Shown here piece after piece: positions 12,474 through 25,711 of a DNA stretch of 64,000 nt (position 1 is the first letter of the stretch; each line of letters begins with the position of its first letter). Position numbers and translations under genes: made by a program. The notes under the pieces were generated by a model. It was not told the origin of the DNA. It ran no database searches and was given only the letters and a program-made list of their open reading frames with translations. Source of the DNA: an uncultured Gemmatimonadales bacterium (GTDB lineage Bacteria; Gemmatimonadota; Gemmatimonadetes; Gemmatimonadales; GWC2-71-9); assembly GCA_963798915.1 (NCBI GenBank), contig CAWCVB010000005.1:409291-473290 (forward strand), given 5' to 3'.

Positions 12474-13410
12474 ACGCGCACCGGCGGGTCCGGAACGTCC
12501 CTCGCTCCGCGATGTCCAGGCCCTGAACCGCGTATTCTCCGAGGCCTTCACCGACCGATACCTTCGCGACGGCATTACCGGCGTGCGGGTGCCCTACCTC
12601 AATCCGCTGGTCTGGCGCTACGCCATCGAGGATGCTGGGGATGGCGCCATGGTCTGGCGCGATGCCGATGGCCAGATCGCGGCGTTCAACATGGTCCATC
12701 TCAGCGGGGTCGAGGGATGGATGGGCCCGTTGGCGGTCCGCCCCGACCTGCAGGGGCGCGGCGTCGGTACCACGATGGTTCGTGAAGGGGTCGAGTGGCT
12801 GCGGCGGGAGGGCGCCGAGGTCATCGGGCTGGAGACCATGCCGCGCACCGTGGAGAACATCGGTTTCTACAGCCGGCTCGGGCTCGTGCCAGGACCGCTG
12901 ACTATCACGCTGGTTCGGGACGTGACCACGCGGGGCGACCCGGGAGAGGAATTGGGTGAAGGGGCGGATGCCACGCGGCAGATGGAAGAGTGCCGGATGC
13001 TGACTGATCGGCTCCAGCCGGGCGTGGACTATTCGCGCGAACTGCAGATCACGCGAGAGCTGTCGCTGGGCAATGCCTCCCTGGTGCGCCGTCACGGGGA
13101 ACTGGCCGCCTTCGCGCTCTGGCATGCGGCGCCACTGGCGGCCGGGCGACCCCGGGACGAATTGCGGGTGTTGAAGCTGGTCGCGGTCGACGTGCCGGCA
13201 ATGGAATCGCTGTGCGAGCGCCTCGAAGCCGTGGCGGTCCGCCAGCAGGTGCGGCGGGTCGCGATCCGATGCCAGACGCACTACCGCGCAAGCTATCGGG
13301 CGCTCATTGAGCGAAGCTACCGGGTCCATTGGACGGACCTGCGCATGACCCTGCACGATGCTCCCGAATCCCCTGGGAAGGGCATCGTGATGTCCAACTG
13401 GGAGATCTAG
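12439..13410 (+). CDS. GNAT-family acetyltransferase
   Basis: LAVRPDLQGRGVG acetyl-CoA-binding motif, NIGFYSRLG; start uncertain. Confidence 0.85.
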   Translation: MTKRREPRLRRERAPAGPERPSLRDVQALNRVFSEAFTDRYLRDGITGVRVPYLNPLVWRYAIEDAGDGAMVWRDADGQIAAFNMVHLSGVEGWMGPLAVRPDLQGRGVGTTMVREGVEWLRREGAEVIGLETMPRTVENIGFYSRLGLVPGPLTITLVRDVTTRGDPGEELGEGADATRQMEECRMLTDRLQPGVDYSRELQITRELSLGNASLVRRHGELAAFALWHAAPLAAGRPRDELRVLKLVAVDVPAMESLCERLEAVAVRQQVRRVAIRCQTHYRASYRALIERSYRVHWTDLRMTLHDAPESPGKGIVMSNWEI

Positions 13411-13426
13411 CGCGCCAGTCGTGCCG

Positions 13427-13573
13427 CTACCGCCAGCGTCCGACTCCGTAGACCACCAGGATGGCGGCCACCGCCAGCAGCAGGTGGATGGCCGGTACGC
13501 CCACTGGCATGATCCATCCGAACACGATCCACGCGACGGTCGCGAGACCGGCACCGAGCAGAACGAGATTCAC
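13427..13573 (-). CDS. 48-aa small membrane protein
   Basis: Below ORF-track cutoff; GTG start with GAGGAG RBS (13579-13584); MNLVLLGAGLATVAWIVFGWIMPVGVPAIHLLLAVAAILVVYGVGRWR, two hydrophobic segments. Confidence 0.7.
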   Translation of the reverse strand: MNLVLLGAGLATVAWIVFGWIMPVGVPAIHLLLAVAAILVVYGVGRWR

Positions 13574-13884
13574 GCACGCTCCTCATGGTTGACGGTTGCC
13601 GTACCGACTCCTAGTTTAGGCGCGGGTGGCGGTGGCGGGGAACCCGTTACTGAGCCGATAAGTCCGATCCGGTCCTCACATACCGCGGCCGATGCCATGC
13701 CCGATGCGGGAAGGCAGGAGCCGGGGCGAGGGGACCAAGCGTAACTGATTGGGCTTCAGTAGACCTCTTCGTCATCGACCACCATTCTCGAATCGCCGGC
13801 CACATGCCGGCGATTCGTGCGTTGAGGCGCTTGACTCGCCTCTCGGGCCGGGCATCTTCCAACTGGCTCTTGACAGGACAACGC

Positions 13885-14298
13885 ATGCCCCGATGTGCCG
13901 TCACCCGGCGGTCCCATTTCAATGCGGCACACCGCCTGCACAATTCCGGCCGCTCCGATGAGTGGAACCGGGAGACGTATGGCTTGTGTAACAATCCGCA
14001 CTTCCACGGCCACAACTACGAACTCGATGTCACGGTGGCCGGTACAGTCGACCCCGAGACAGGCGAGGTCATGGACCTGGCGCGGCTGCGGGACGTCGTG
14101 GAACGCGAGGTGCTCGCCATCGTCGACCATCGCAACCTGAATCTGGAGGTCGAGTGGTTCCGCGACCTGATTCCGACCGCGGAGAACATTGCCGTCTGCA
14201 TCTGGCGGGCGTTGCGGGCGGCGTTGCCGGTAGAGCTCGAGCTGAGTCTCCGTTTGTGGGAAACCCCTCGGAATTACGTGGAATATGCCGGTGACTGA
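13885..14298 (+). CDS. queD: 6-carboxytetrahydropterin/6-pyruvoyl-tetrahydropterin synthase
   Basis: [36 protein letters not shown]. Confidence 0.9.
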   Translation: MPRCAVTRRSHFNAAHRLHNSGRSDEWNRETYGLCNNPHFHGHNYELDVTVAGTVDPETGEVMDLARLRDVVEREVLAIVDHRNLNLEVEWFRDLIPTAENIAVCIWRALRAALPVELELSLRLWETPRNYVEYAGD

Positions 14299-14857
14299 AT
14301 CATTTGCGGACAATGTCCGCCAGATCCTCCTCGCCCTGGGCGAAGACCCCGACCGCGACGGACTTCGCCGCACCCCCGAGCGGGTTGAGGCCTCGTTACG
14401 GTGGCTCACCCGCGGGTATGCCATGACCGTCGAGCAGGCCGTTGGCGGCGCGCTCTTCGAGGAGTCCCACCAGAGCATGATCCTGGTGCGCGACATCGAA
14501 GTCTATTCGCTCTGCGAACATCACCTGCTTCCGTTCCATGGCCGGGCCCATGTCGCCTACATCCCGGACGGGCGAATCGTCGGCCTCTCCAAGCTTCCGC
14601 GGATCGTGGAGGTCTTTGCACGACGGCTTCAGGTCCAGGAGCGGCTGACCGATCAGATTGCCGACGCGATCATGGACGTCCTGAACCCGGCTGGGGTGGG
14701 CGTGGTGATCGATGCCGCGCACTTCTGCATGATGATGCGCGGCATCGAGAAGCAGAATTCCAGAACCGTGACGAGCGCCTTGCGTGGTGCATTCCGCGAC
14801 GACCCCAAGACCCGGGACGAATTTCTGCGCCTGGCCCATGCCCGGTCCATGGACTGA
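14285..14857 (+). CDS. folE: GTP cyclohydrolase I
   Basis: [35 protein letters not shown]. Confidence 0.97.
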   Translation: MPVTESFADNVRQILLALGEDPDRDGLRRTPERVEASLRWLTRGYAMTVEQAVGGALFEESHQSMILVRDIEVYSLCEHHLLPFHGRAHVAYIPDGRIVGLSKLPRIVEVFARRLQVQERLTDQIADAIMDVLNPAGVGVVIDAAHFCMMMRGIEKQNSRTVTSALRGAFRDDPKTRDEFLRLAHARSMD

Positions 14858-14859
14858 GC

Positions 14860-16434
14860 ATGCACTTGCGCTCCCTGCTCCTGATCGTCACGATCGCATC
14901 ACCGCTCGCCGCCCAGGCTCCCCGGGCGCTGCCGGCCCTGCCCGACTCGTCGGGCTGGGGTGTCCATGTCCTTGCGGCGCGGCAGGACCGGGCGGGCGGC
15001 GTCTGGGTGGGTACGTATGGCGACGGCATTTATTATCTCGGGCCGGATGCCAGGAGCTGGCAGCATATCGTTGCCGATACCACTCCCCAGTCGATCTCGT
15101 GGGACTTTGTCCACGCATTCGGTTTCGGCCCAGCAGGCGAAGTATGGTACGGAACCGTTGGAAACGGCTGGGGCGTCTCGTTGGACTCGGGCCGCACCTG
15201 GCGGAACTGGACCTTCGATGAACTTGGCCCGGAATGGCAGTATGTCGCACCCGATGGCATCGTCACTCAGGGGGATACCACCATCGTGGCCACGGCGGAC
15301 GGCCTGCTGGTCACGACGGACGATGGCGATCATTGGACAGCCATAGTCGATAGCACCGGGCCCGCTGCCACCGGGCCCGCCGACACAGCCCTGGTGCTGC
15401 TCGCCAACGAGTACGTCCTCGGCCTGGCGCGCGCCAGCCGCGGACGCGTGGTGTTCACCACGTTGCGAGGCGGCTATGCGTTGTCGGCCAGTGACGGGGC
15501 CTGGCGGGTGGAGCCGGCAACCGTTACGCCACCAAATGAACCCGACCTCGTCTTTCTCCGGCGGCGGAGCTACACCCGCTCAACGTGTGGCCTGCACCTG
15601 GTCGGCACGCGCTGGTCCTGTACACCTGCCGCGGCGGCGCGCGCACCGCGTGCGCAGCCACCGATGGCGCCGAAGACGACCTGGTTCGGCCGGCCGATCG
15701 CGCCGGCCGACAACCCGCTGATCGACCAGACGTATCGGTACGGGTCAACGATGGGCGGCAATTTTCAGCAGCACCAGGGCGTCGAGTTCAACAACCCCGA
15801 TGGCACACCGGTTCATGCGATCGGAAGCGGTGCGGTGGTCTATGCCGGCCCGGCCGAGCGCGGTGCGCTCACGGTCGCCATCCGGATGGATTCGGTCCTG
15901 CAGACGCCGGAGGGAACCCAAACGCTCTTCTCCGTCTACTACCACAATTCAGCCCTGAAAGTCAGGGTCGGCGAGCGGGTAGCGCGTGGAGATGTCATTT
16001 CGCTCGTGGGCCACACCGGACGGGCCACCAACGATCATCTTCACCTTGAAGTGCATGCGGCCACCAATGATTCGGTGCCGCTCATCGTTGATTCCCTGGA
16101 GCGCTTTCCCCGGTTCACCACCAATCCGGAACTCTGGATAGTTCCCGTCGACGGCACCGGTATCGTGGCTGGCCAGGTCTGGGACTCCGCGGGCAATGCC
16201 GTGCCCGGTGCGCGCATCTACGGGTTGCGGAAGTCGGAGCCGCGCGAGACACCGTTCTCGTATGTCGAAACGTATCGCGACAAGACGCATCCCCATCCGC
16301 TCTACCACGAGCACTTCGCGATCGGGGGGGTGCCGCCGGGGAATTACCAGCTTGGCACCGAAGTGGACGGCCGGAAGGTGTGGCGCCGGGTCCGCGTCGA
16401 GCCGGGCCGAGTGACCTGGGTCGAGTTTCGCTAG
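14860..16434 (+). CDS. Secreted M23 metallopeptidase with N-terminal propeller/BNR-like repeats and C-terminal beta-sandwich
   Basis: Signal peptide; SLDSGRTW and TDDGDHW Asp-box-like repeats; HQGVE, YYH, GHTGRATNDHLHLEV M23 motifs. Confidence 0.85.
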   Translation: MHLRSLLLIVTIASPLAAQAPRALPALPDSSGWGVHVLAARQDRAGGVWVGTYGDGIYYLGPDARSWQHIVADTTPQSISWDFVHAFGFGPAGEVWYGTVGNGWGVSLDSGRTWRNWTFDELGPEWQYVAPDGIVTQGDTTIVATADGLLVTTDDGDHWTAIVDSTGPAATGPADTALVLLANEYVLGLARASRGRVVFTTLRGGYALSASDGAWRVEPATVTPPNEPDLVFLRRRSYTRSTCGLHLVGTRWSCTPAAAARAPRAQPPMAPKTTWFGRPIAPADNPLIDQTYRYGSTMGGNFQQHQGVEFNNPDGTPVHAIGSGAVVYAGPAERGALTVAIRMDSVLQTPEGTQTLFSVYYHNSALKVRVGERVARGDVISLVGHTGRATNDHLHLEVHAATNDSVPLIVDSLERFPRFTTNPELWIVPVDGTGIVAGQVWDSAGNAVPGARIYGLRKSEPRETPFSYVETYRDKTHPHPLYHEHFAIGGVPPGNYQLGTEVDGRKVWRRVRVEPGRVTWVEFR

Positions 16435-16444
16435 CGGTGCCACC

Positions 16445-17038
16445 GTGTTCATCGAGCTGACCGACCACCTGCGCTGCCCCGCAGACCACGATGAACACTT
16501 TCTTGTGCTCATTCCCGACGCCATGAACGGGCGAGATGTGGTCCGGGGTTCGCTCGGCTGTCCTGTATGCCAGCGTACCTATCCCATCGATCAAGGTGTA
16601 GCCTCGTTCGGCTCCGCCGGCCCTGAAACAGCGCCGACGCAACTTGATCCCGACGCACAGGCCGCCCTCGCCGGTCTCGGCGGCCCCGGTGGGTACGTCG
16701 TCCTTCTGGGCGGGGCCGCCCAGCATGCTGACCAGTTTGCGGAGCACCTTCCGAACGTCGCGCTGGTGCTGATGAATGCGCCCGCTGCGTCGCCCGCCGT
16801 GACCCTCGGCAGCAGGCTGGTCGGTCCCCGGCTTCCGCTCAAGAGTGGCTCCATGCGAGCGGCGCTCCTGGGTCCGGACTATGGGGACGATCCCGCGTGG
16901 GTCGCCGAGGCCGCGCGGGTCGTGCTGCCCGGGAACCGGGTGGTCGGGGAGGGCTCGCCGCCAAGCTTGCCAGCACTCGAATTGGCCGCCAGCGCGGCCG
17001 GCTGCTGGGTGGCAACCAAGGTCAACAGGAGGAGCTGA
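16445..17038 (+). CDS. Trm112-like zinc-binding domain fused to a degenerate methyltransferase-like domain
   Basis: LRCP...GSLGCPVCQRTYPIDQGV; C-terminal LPLKSGS...EAARVVLPG resembles the end of a class I MTase fold. Confidence 0.6.
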   Translation: MFIELTDHLRCPADHDEHFLVLIPDAMNGRDVVRGSLGCPVCQRTYPIDQGVASFGSAGPETAPTQLDPDAQAALAGLGGPGGYVVLLGGAAQHADQFAEHLPNVALVLMNAPAASPAVTLGSRLVGPRLPLKSGSMRAALLGPDYGDDPAWVAEAARVVLPGNRVVGEGSPPSLPALELAASAAGCWVATKVNRRS

Positions 17039-17067
17039 TCCGGTCCCTCTCCCGAGGGCGTTGAGGC

Positions 17068-18885
17068 TCAGTCGTGCGGGTGCTCGCGCTCCGCTTCGAG
17101 ATAGAGCGCATCGATTTCGCTGGCGAACCGTTTTTCGACGATGCGCCGGCGGACCTTGAGCGTCGGCGTCAGGTCGCCGGCCTCGATGCTGAAATCCTCA
17201 GGCAGCAGCAGGATGCGCTTGGGCATCTCGAAGTGCGCACGGTCCCGGAGCACGCGCTTGAGCTCTCGATCCATCTTGGCCTCCACCTCAGGGTCGGCAA
17301 GGAGGGCGCGCCAATCCGGCTGGTCGATGCCGTGCTGCCGCGCCCATGCCTCGAGCTGACCCTGGTTCGGCACGATCAGCATGATGGGGAACTTGCGGCG
17401 GTCGCCGAGCATCACGGCATTGGCGACAAACTTGCTGGTCTTGGCCTGATTCTCGATCGGTTGCGGCGCGATGTTCTTTCCGCCCGCCGTGACGATAATG
17501 TCCTTCTTCCGGTCGGTGATCCGCAGAAAGCCCTCGGCATCGAGCATGCCGATGTCGCCGGTGTGAAACCACCCACGCGCATCAATGACCGCGCTGGTCT
17601 CCTCCGGCTTCCGGAAGTAGCCCTTCATGACGTGCGGTCCGCGAGTGAGGATCTCCCCGTCAGGCGCAATCTCCACTTTCACATTGTCGAGCGGCCGGCC
17701 GACGGTGCCGAGCTTCAGGGCATTGGTTCCATTGACCGCAATGACCGGCGACGTCTCGGTGAGGCCGTAGCCTTCGAGCACAGGCAGTCCGGCCGCATAG
17801 AAGAACTTGGCGATATCGGCACCTAACGGCGCGCCACCCGAGACGAAGAAGCGAATGCGGCCACCTACGCGCGCGCGCAGCTTGGCGAACACCAGTTTTG
17901 AGGCCAGTCGGTACCGCAATGCGAGCCAACCCGGCACCCTGCGCTGCGCCAGGGTGTATTCGGCCCAGGTCTCGCCCAGTCGCTTTGCCCAGAAGAACAA
18001 CTGCTTCCTGATGCTAGACCCCGCGAGCGCTGCCTCCAGGACGCGGGCATACACCTTTTCATATAACCGCGGATGCGACAGCACGACGGTCGGGTGGACT
18101 TCGGCCATTTCCGCCGCGACACTGTCCATGCTGGTCGCGTAGCTGATGATGGCACCTGACTGCATCATGCAGAAGTGCCCGGCCATCCGCTCGAAGATGT
18201 GCGACAGCGGCAGGAAGGAAAGGCATTCGTCCGTGTCCCGCAGGGGCAGGCGAGCGAGCCCACCGGCAACGTTCGATGCGATATTGCCGTGGGTGAGCAT
18301 CACGCCTTTGGGCGGACCGGTGGTGCCGGAGGTGTAGATCAGCGTGGCAACATCGTCCGGGTCGGCCCGGAGCGCGGCCGCGCGCCATTCGGCATGGCGC
18401 GCGGTATCCCTGCGCCCAGCGTGCTGCACTTCTCCAATGGAGAGCGCCCCGTCGCCGGCCGCGTCGGCATCCATGGCGATGACGTAACGCAGGGCGGGGA
18501 GTTCGGCCCTGATCTCCTCCACCTTGGCGCGTTGCGCCGCGGTCGACACGAAGATTGCAACCACTTCCGCGTCCTTCAGCTGATATTGCACTTGCGACGG
18601 CGGCAGGGTTGGATAGATGGGAACGTCGGGGCAGCGGCCGGTCAGGCAGGCGTAGTCGGCAATGGCCCACTCGGGCCGGTTCTCGGCGAGGATGGCCACG
18701 CGATCGCCCTCCTGCACGCCGATGGCTCGCAGGCCCACGCTGAGGCAGCGCACCTGGTCCAGCAGATCGGCGTAGCTGAGCGTCTGCCAGCTGCCCTCGC
18801 GCTTGACGCGCATGACAACTGGACGCTGCTGCCAGCGCTCAACGGCGCCGAAGAACAGCTCGTTCAGCGTGCGCGGCGTGCTCAT
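17068..18885 (-). CDS. Long-chain fatty-acid--CoA ligase
   Basis: YTSGTTGPPKG, EGYGLTE, WFHTGDIG, TPTLKVRR. Confidence 0.93.
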   Translation of the reverse strand: MSTPRTLNELFFGAVERWQQRPVVMRVKREGSWQTLSYADLLDQVRCLSVGLRAIGVQEGDRVAILAENRPEWAIADYACLTGRCPDVPIYPTLPPSQVQYQLKDAEVVAIFVSTAAQRAKVEEIRAELPALRYVIAMDADAAGDGALSIGEVQHAGRRDTARHAEWRAAALRADPDDVATLIYTSGTTGPPKGVMLTHGNIASNVAGGLARLPLRDTDECLSFLPLSHIFERMAGHFCMMQSGAIISYATSMDSVAAEMAEVHPTVVLSHPRLYEKVYARVLEAALAGSSIRKQLFFWAKRLGETWAEYTLAQRRVPGWLALRYRLASKLVFAKLRARVGGRIRFFVSGGAPLGADIAKFFYAAGLPVLEGYGLTETSPVIAVNGTNALKLGTVGRPLDNVKVEIAPDGEILTRGPHVMKGYFRKPEETSAVIDARGWFHTGDIGMLDAEGFLRITDRKKDIIVTAGGKNIAPQPIENQAKTSKFVANAVMLGDRRKFPIMLIVPNQGQLEAWARQHGIDQPDWRALLADPEVEAKMDRELKRVLRDRAHFEMPKRILLLPEDFSIEAGDLTPTLKVRRRIVEKRFASEIDALYLEAEREHPHD

Positions 18886-18897
18886 GGGAGCAATGCC

Positions 18898-19608
18898 TTA
18901 CTGAAAGAGTAAGAGAAACACCTGGCCTGATCCGGCGACCGCCCCTCCACTGCGATGGCGTCCTTCAATCGTCACCCGAACGGTATCGGGCGTCGTGACT
19001 CCGGCCACTCGATTGACGGTGACGTCGGGAGTCGCCATCCCGCTGGCGTCGCTGAAGACCGTGTCCACCAGCACGCCGCCGGAGAGCTCCACCGTCCTGG
19101 CCGCAGGATCGGCGAATGTGGGACTGGTAATCGAGAAGATAAGCATTGCGCCGGACGCGGGCACAAACCCGCTGGCTGCGGTATCGCTGGCGGACAGCAC
19201 CATGGCCGCAAGCGGGGCAGAAGCCGTACTCGCCGGGTCCACGGTCAGCGTCTCGGGCGGGACCGCGATGCTGTCGGCCGCCGCCAGCACGGTCAGGGTG
19301 ATTGGTTGGCTCACCAGCGAGGTCTCGGACGCCTGGATTCGTCCGGTCTGTCCAGCGATGAGTCCGGTCACCCTGCCGGTGAGACTGTCGACCGCCACCG
19401 TGGTATCGGCGGTTCGCCAGATGATGGTGGCCGCGACGCTGTCACCCTGCTGGTCCAGCGCCCGTGCCGAGAGCTGGATGGTGTCGCCCACCTCCACGGT
19501 GGCTGGCTCCGGTCGCAACACTTCCAATGACACAACACCGCCCTCGTCGGCGGTGATGTTGCTGCAGGCGGCCAGCAGGAGGAGGCCGGACCATGTGAGC
19601 CGTCTCAC
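18898..19608 (-). CDS. Lipoprotein with Ig-like domains
   Basis: Lipobox LAAC; VEVGDTIQLSARALD...VAVDSLTGRVTG resembles a bacterial Ig-like domain. Confidence 0.75.
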   Translation of the reverse strand: MRRLTWSGLLLLAACSNITADEGGVVSLEVLRPEPATVEVGDTIQLSARALDQQGDSVAATIIWRTADTTVAVDSLTGRVTGLIAGQTGRIQASETSLVSQPITLTVLAAADSIAVPPETLTVDPASTASAPLAAMVLSASDTAASGFVPASGAMLIFSITSPTFADPAARTVELSGGVLVDTVFSDASGMATPDVTVNRVAGVTTPDTVRVTIEGRHRSGGAVAGSGQVFLLLFQ

Positions 19609-20048
19609 GTTGACTCCGGCGCCGGGGCGCCATCGAGTTCGCGCAGCGCCGTCTCGGCATGACGGACCCAGCGTTCGGCGTCGGGTCCGCGCGGTGGCCG
19701 GGACAGGAAGCTGCGCAGGTGGGCTGCGGCCTCCTCGCGCTCGCTGCGCTTGAGGAGCAGAAATGCCAATCCGTAATGCGCGCCGCTCAGGGAATCATCC
19801 AGCTCGAGCGCCCGGCGATAATGCCGGATGGCCTCCTCGGGCTGATCCACTTTGGTGCAGATGATGGCCATGTTGAGCAGGATCCGCGCATCGGCTGGAT
19901 TGTCACGATAGGCAAGCCGATACGAAGTCAGGGCGGCTTCATAGTCGCCTTGGCGTTCGAGCGCCAGGCCTTCGTTCAGATAGTCGAGGCGCTGGGGCTT
20001 CAGCGTGTCGCCGGTGTCCCGGCCGAGAAATCGTCGCCACAAGCTCAT
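19605..20048 (-). CDS. TPR protein
   Basis: Three TPR-like helical repeats. Confidence 0.85.
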   Translation of the reverse strand: MSLWRRFLGRDTGDTLKPQRLDYLNEGLALERQGDYEAALTSYRLAYRDNPADARILLNMAIICTKVDQPEEAIRHYRRALELDDSLSGAHYGLAFLLLKRSEREEAAAHLRSFLSRPPRGPDAERWVRHAETALRELDGAPAPEST

Positions 20049-20187
20049 GTTGCCGGTGCGGGCCCCGCGGAAGGTGATGATGCTGCATGAGATACGTCGT
20101 GTCGTCCGAAGATAGTCCGCGCCCCCGAGGGCCGCAACGCAAGCGGGCCCCGTTGCCGGCGCACCGGGGCGGGCCTACCTTCGGGCC

Positions 20188-20694
20188 ATGATGACGCGCG
20201 CGCAGTCCGGGCCACGCGGTGTCCTGGAGATCGATTGGACGCTCTTTGGCGAGCTTTGCCGCGCGCTGGCGCTCAAGGTCGCTCACGCGTACCGGCCTGA
20301 GGTCGTACTTGGCATTGCCAAGGCGGGCGTGATCCCAGGCGCCGTCGTCGCCTCCATTCTGCAGACCGAATTCGCCTCGATGGTGGCGACACGTTCCACG
20401 CAGGACGCGGAACCGGTGCTGGTGGCCGGCCCGCCGGCGTCGGTCCGAGGCCGGCGAGTACTCGTGGTTGACGAGACCTGTGACAGCGGCAGCACACTCA
20501 AGCTCGCGTTGAACGAGGTCCGCAAGCACGAACCCCTCGATGTCCGGACGGCGGTGTCCATTCGAACCGGGCCGTACCAGCCGGATTTCCACGCCTTCGA
20601 GACCGAAAAGCTGATCATCCTTCCGTGGGACCGCGAGGTGGTCGCCGATGGCGAACTGGTCGTCCGCCCCGACTACGCCAACTGGCTGGCCTGA
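20188..20694 (+). CDS. Type I phosphoribosyltransferase
   Basis: VLVVDETCDSGST PRPP-binding loop; IILPW. Confidence 0.85.
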   Translation: MMTRAQSGPRGVLEIDWTLFGELCRALALKVAHAYRPEVVLGIAKAGVIPGAVVASILQTEFASMVATRSTQDAEPVLVAGPPASVRGRRVLVVDETCDSGSTLKLALNEVRKHEPLDVRTAVSIRTGPYQPDFHAFETEKLIILPWDREVVADGELVVRPDYANWLA

Positions 20695-20749
20695 CAACCT
20701 TTCGGACCGTCGGCCGATCTCACTGTGGTACCCTTTCACTGGAGCACCG

Positions 20750-21751
20750 ATGCGCGCGCTCGTCCCTTGTGGCCTCACCCTCTCCGGACTCCTGCTCTGT
20801 GTCCCGGCGGCCCTGCCGGCCCAGCAGCCTGAGACGGACTTTCATCTCGCCGGCGGCAACTACGCCGTGTACAACCTCGCGGGCAGCCTCACCGTCGAGC
20901 GCGCCAGTGGCAACCAGCTCGCCGTTCATGTGAGCCGCCAGGGCGCGGACGGCGCCGCGCTGCGGGTGTCCACGGGTGATGTCAGGGGCCGTTCAGCGCT
21001 GCGCGTGATCTATCCCGACGCAGATGTGGTCTATTCCGGGATGGGGGAGCACGACGAGACGGAGCTGCAGGTGCGCGACGATGGGACGTTCGACGACGGC
21101 GTCGGTCATGGACGACGCGTGCGGATCCACGGAGCAGGCCGGGGAACGCGGGCCAGCGCCGATCTGAGGATCGGACTCCCTGCCGGCGCCTCGCTGCAGG
21201 TCCATCTCGCCGCTGGGCAAGTCATGGTGCAGAATGTCGAGGGGAATATTTCGGTGGATGTGGGCGCGGCCGGGGTCACGGTTGATGGCCTCACCGGCGA
21301 CTTCAGTCTCGACGCCGGCTCCGGGCCGGTGTCGTTGGCGCGGATCCGCGGCAAGCGGATCTCGCTCGACACCGGGTCGGGCGAGATCGAGGCCGCCGAT
21401 ATCGCTGCGACACAGCTCACCCTTGACAGCGGCTCGGGAAACGTCACGCTGGACGGGCTCGCGGCCGACGATGTCGACCTTGACACCGGCAGCGGCGCCA
21501 TCAGCGTAACGCTCGACACCGATGTGGAGTCGCTCAATCTCGACTCTGGCTCTGGATCCGTGACCATCCGCGCGCCTTCCGACCTGGGCGCGCACCTGAC
21601 GGTGGATGGCGGCTCGGGCCGCGTGGACGTGCGCCTGCCACTGGCGGACCGTCGAGGCGAGGATGGAGACCTTTCCGGAACGCTTGGGGACGGGAAGGGG
21701 CAGATTACGATCGACGCGGGATCGGGCGACGTCAGCATCCTTCCGAGGTAG
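20750..21751 (+). CDS. DUF4097-type beta-strand repeat secreted protein
   Basis: Signal peptide; many D[ATS]GSG repeats at about 19-20 aa spacing; GGAG RBS before ATG 20750. Confidence 0.85.
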   Translation: MRALVPCGLTLSGLLLCVPAALPAQQPETDFHLAGGNYAVYNLAGSLTVERASGNQLAVHVSRQGADGAALRVSTGDVRGRSALRVIYPDADVVYSGMGEHDETELQVRDDGTFDDGVGHGRRVRIHGAGRGTRASADLRIGLPAGASLQVHLAAGQVMVQNVEGNISVDVGAAGVTVDGLTGDFSLDAGSGPVSLARIRGKRISLDTGSGEIEAADIAATQLTLDSGSGNVTLDGLAADDVDLDTGSGAISVTLDTDVESLNLDSGSGSVTIRAPSDLGAHLTVDGGSGRVDVRLPLADRRGEDGDLSGTLGDGKGQITIDAGSGDVSILPR

Positions 21752-21807
21752 GCAACGCGCTGACAGGGGTTGAGCGTCGGCCCGTCAGGGCCGGTGGCAC
21801 GCGGACC

Positions 21808-22386
21808 TCAGCCCCTGTCGGCACCTTCCAGCAGGCCGAGTCCCTCCTCATATCGCATGCCCTGCGACATCCGGTCGTACAGGGCGGCGAGGGTCTCGGG
21901 TGATGCGGCCAGAAAGCGGCAACGGGAATCGCCTTTGCTGCGACACTCCACCTCCATGACCGCGACCGTCTCACCCGCCATGCGGCCCAGAAAATCTGCC
22001 AGCAGCCCGCACGAGAGATGGCACGACGGGTAGCTGGCACCGCCGTCGTCGCTGGCCTCAGCCCAGTCGGCGGAATCAAGCGCCAGTGATACCTCGCCCA
22101 GCTGCTGCACCTCCAGCGTGCCCCAGCCCGTGTCGGCAAAGAATCGGGACAGCACCTCGCTGAGGTGGCTGGCATCGAGCTGGCCTGGTTCGGCTACGCC
22201 ATGGGATTGCCCCAGCCAGGTTGAATAGGCGGCGAAGAGTTCTTCGCCAGCGGCGAAGCCCGCCTCCTGGAGATAGGATGCTGCCTGCAGGCCGGTGTCG
22301 CGCTCCAGGCTCACGCGCAACTGTTGCAAGGCCCGCCGGCCGAGGCCGACACAATGATGGTCAGAGAGAAGTGCAGCGGTGCTCAT
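21808..22386 (-). CDS. Stand-alone V4R domain protein
   Basis: GWG, CHLSCGLLA, EVECRSKGDSRCRF. Confidence 0.85.
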   Translation of the reverse strand: MSTAALLSDHHCVGLGRRALQQLRVSLERDTGLQAASYLQEAGFAAGEELFAAYSTWLGQSHGVAEPGQLDASHLSEVLSRFFADTGWGTLEVQQLGEVSLALDSADWAEASDDGGASYPSCHLSCGLLADFLGRMAGETVAVMEVECRSKGDSRCRFLAASPETLAALYDRMSQGMRYEEGLGLLEGADRG

Positions 22387-22416
22387 GATCGGCCAGTATG
22401 CTGAAGGTGAACCAAG

Positions 22417-25208
<2,792 letters not shown>

Positions 25209-25417
25209 GAGTCTGTCCCCGATGCCGTATGGAGTCCGAATCTAAGCAGGTTCGGCCCCGGCGGAATAGCATGCAGAAGCCGGCATTCCGGTGTACAATT
25301 ACTGGAGGCGTCAAGAAGCGATACGGCGCACTCACGGCATCCCGTGAGGCGAATCACGGCGGCCAGGCGGGCCTTGGGCCATGATACGTCAGGCCATCGA
25401 CATGGGAGGAACGCAAG

Positions 25418-25705
25418 ATGCGACATCATCACTCGGAGGGAAGTGCCGGCAGCCTGCTTTCGGGCATCCTGATTGGTGCGCTCGTGGGGGCCGGAGTCGC
25501 CCTCCTGTTCGCGCCACAGGCCGGCGAAGATACTCGCCGCGATCTATCCCGGCGTGCCCGGTCGGTCCGGGACGACGCCATTGACCGCCTGGACGATGCA
25601 TCGACCCGTGCCCGGCGCGAATTCAACCGCCGGCGTCGCCAGCTCCGTGAGCGCGTCGATGAGGGACTGGATGCCGTGAAGGAGCGGATCGCCGAGCATC
25701 GCTGA
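25418..25705 (+). CDS. YtxH-domain protein
   Basis: GILIGALVGAGVALLFAPQAGEDTR; GGAGG RBS. Confidence 0.88.
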   Translation: MRHHHSEGSAGSLLSGILIGALVGAGVALLFAPQAGEDTRRDLSRRARSVRDDAIDRLDDASTRARREFNRRRRQLRERVDEGLDAVKERIAEHR

Positions 25706-25711
25706 CCGGCG

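Noticed and set aside
13647..13805. Possible 52-aa ORF MWPAIREWWS... on the minus strand
   Set aside because: No clear RBS or recognisable features; cannot be supported
13885..14857. queD-folE as part of a 7-deazaguanine DNA-modification (dpd) system
   Set aside because: No queC, queE or dpdA nearby; ordinary pterin/folate context
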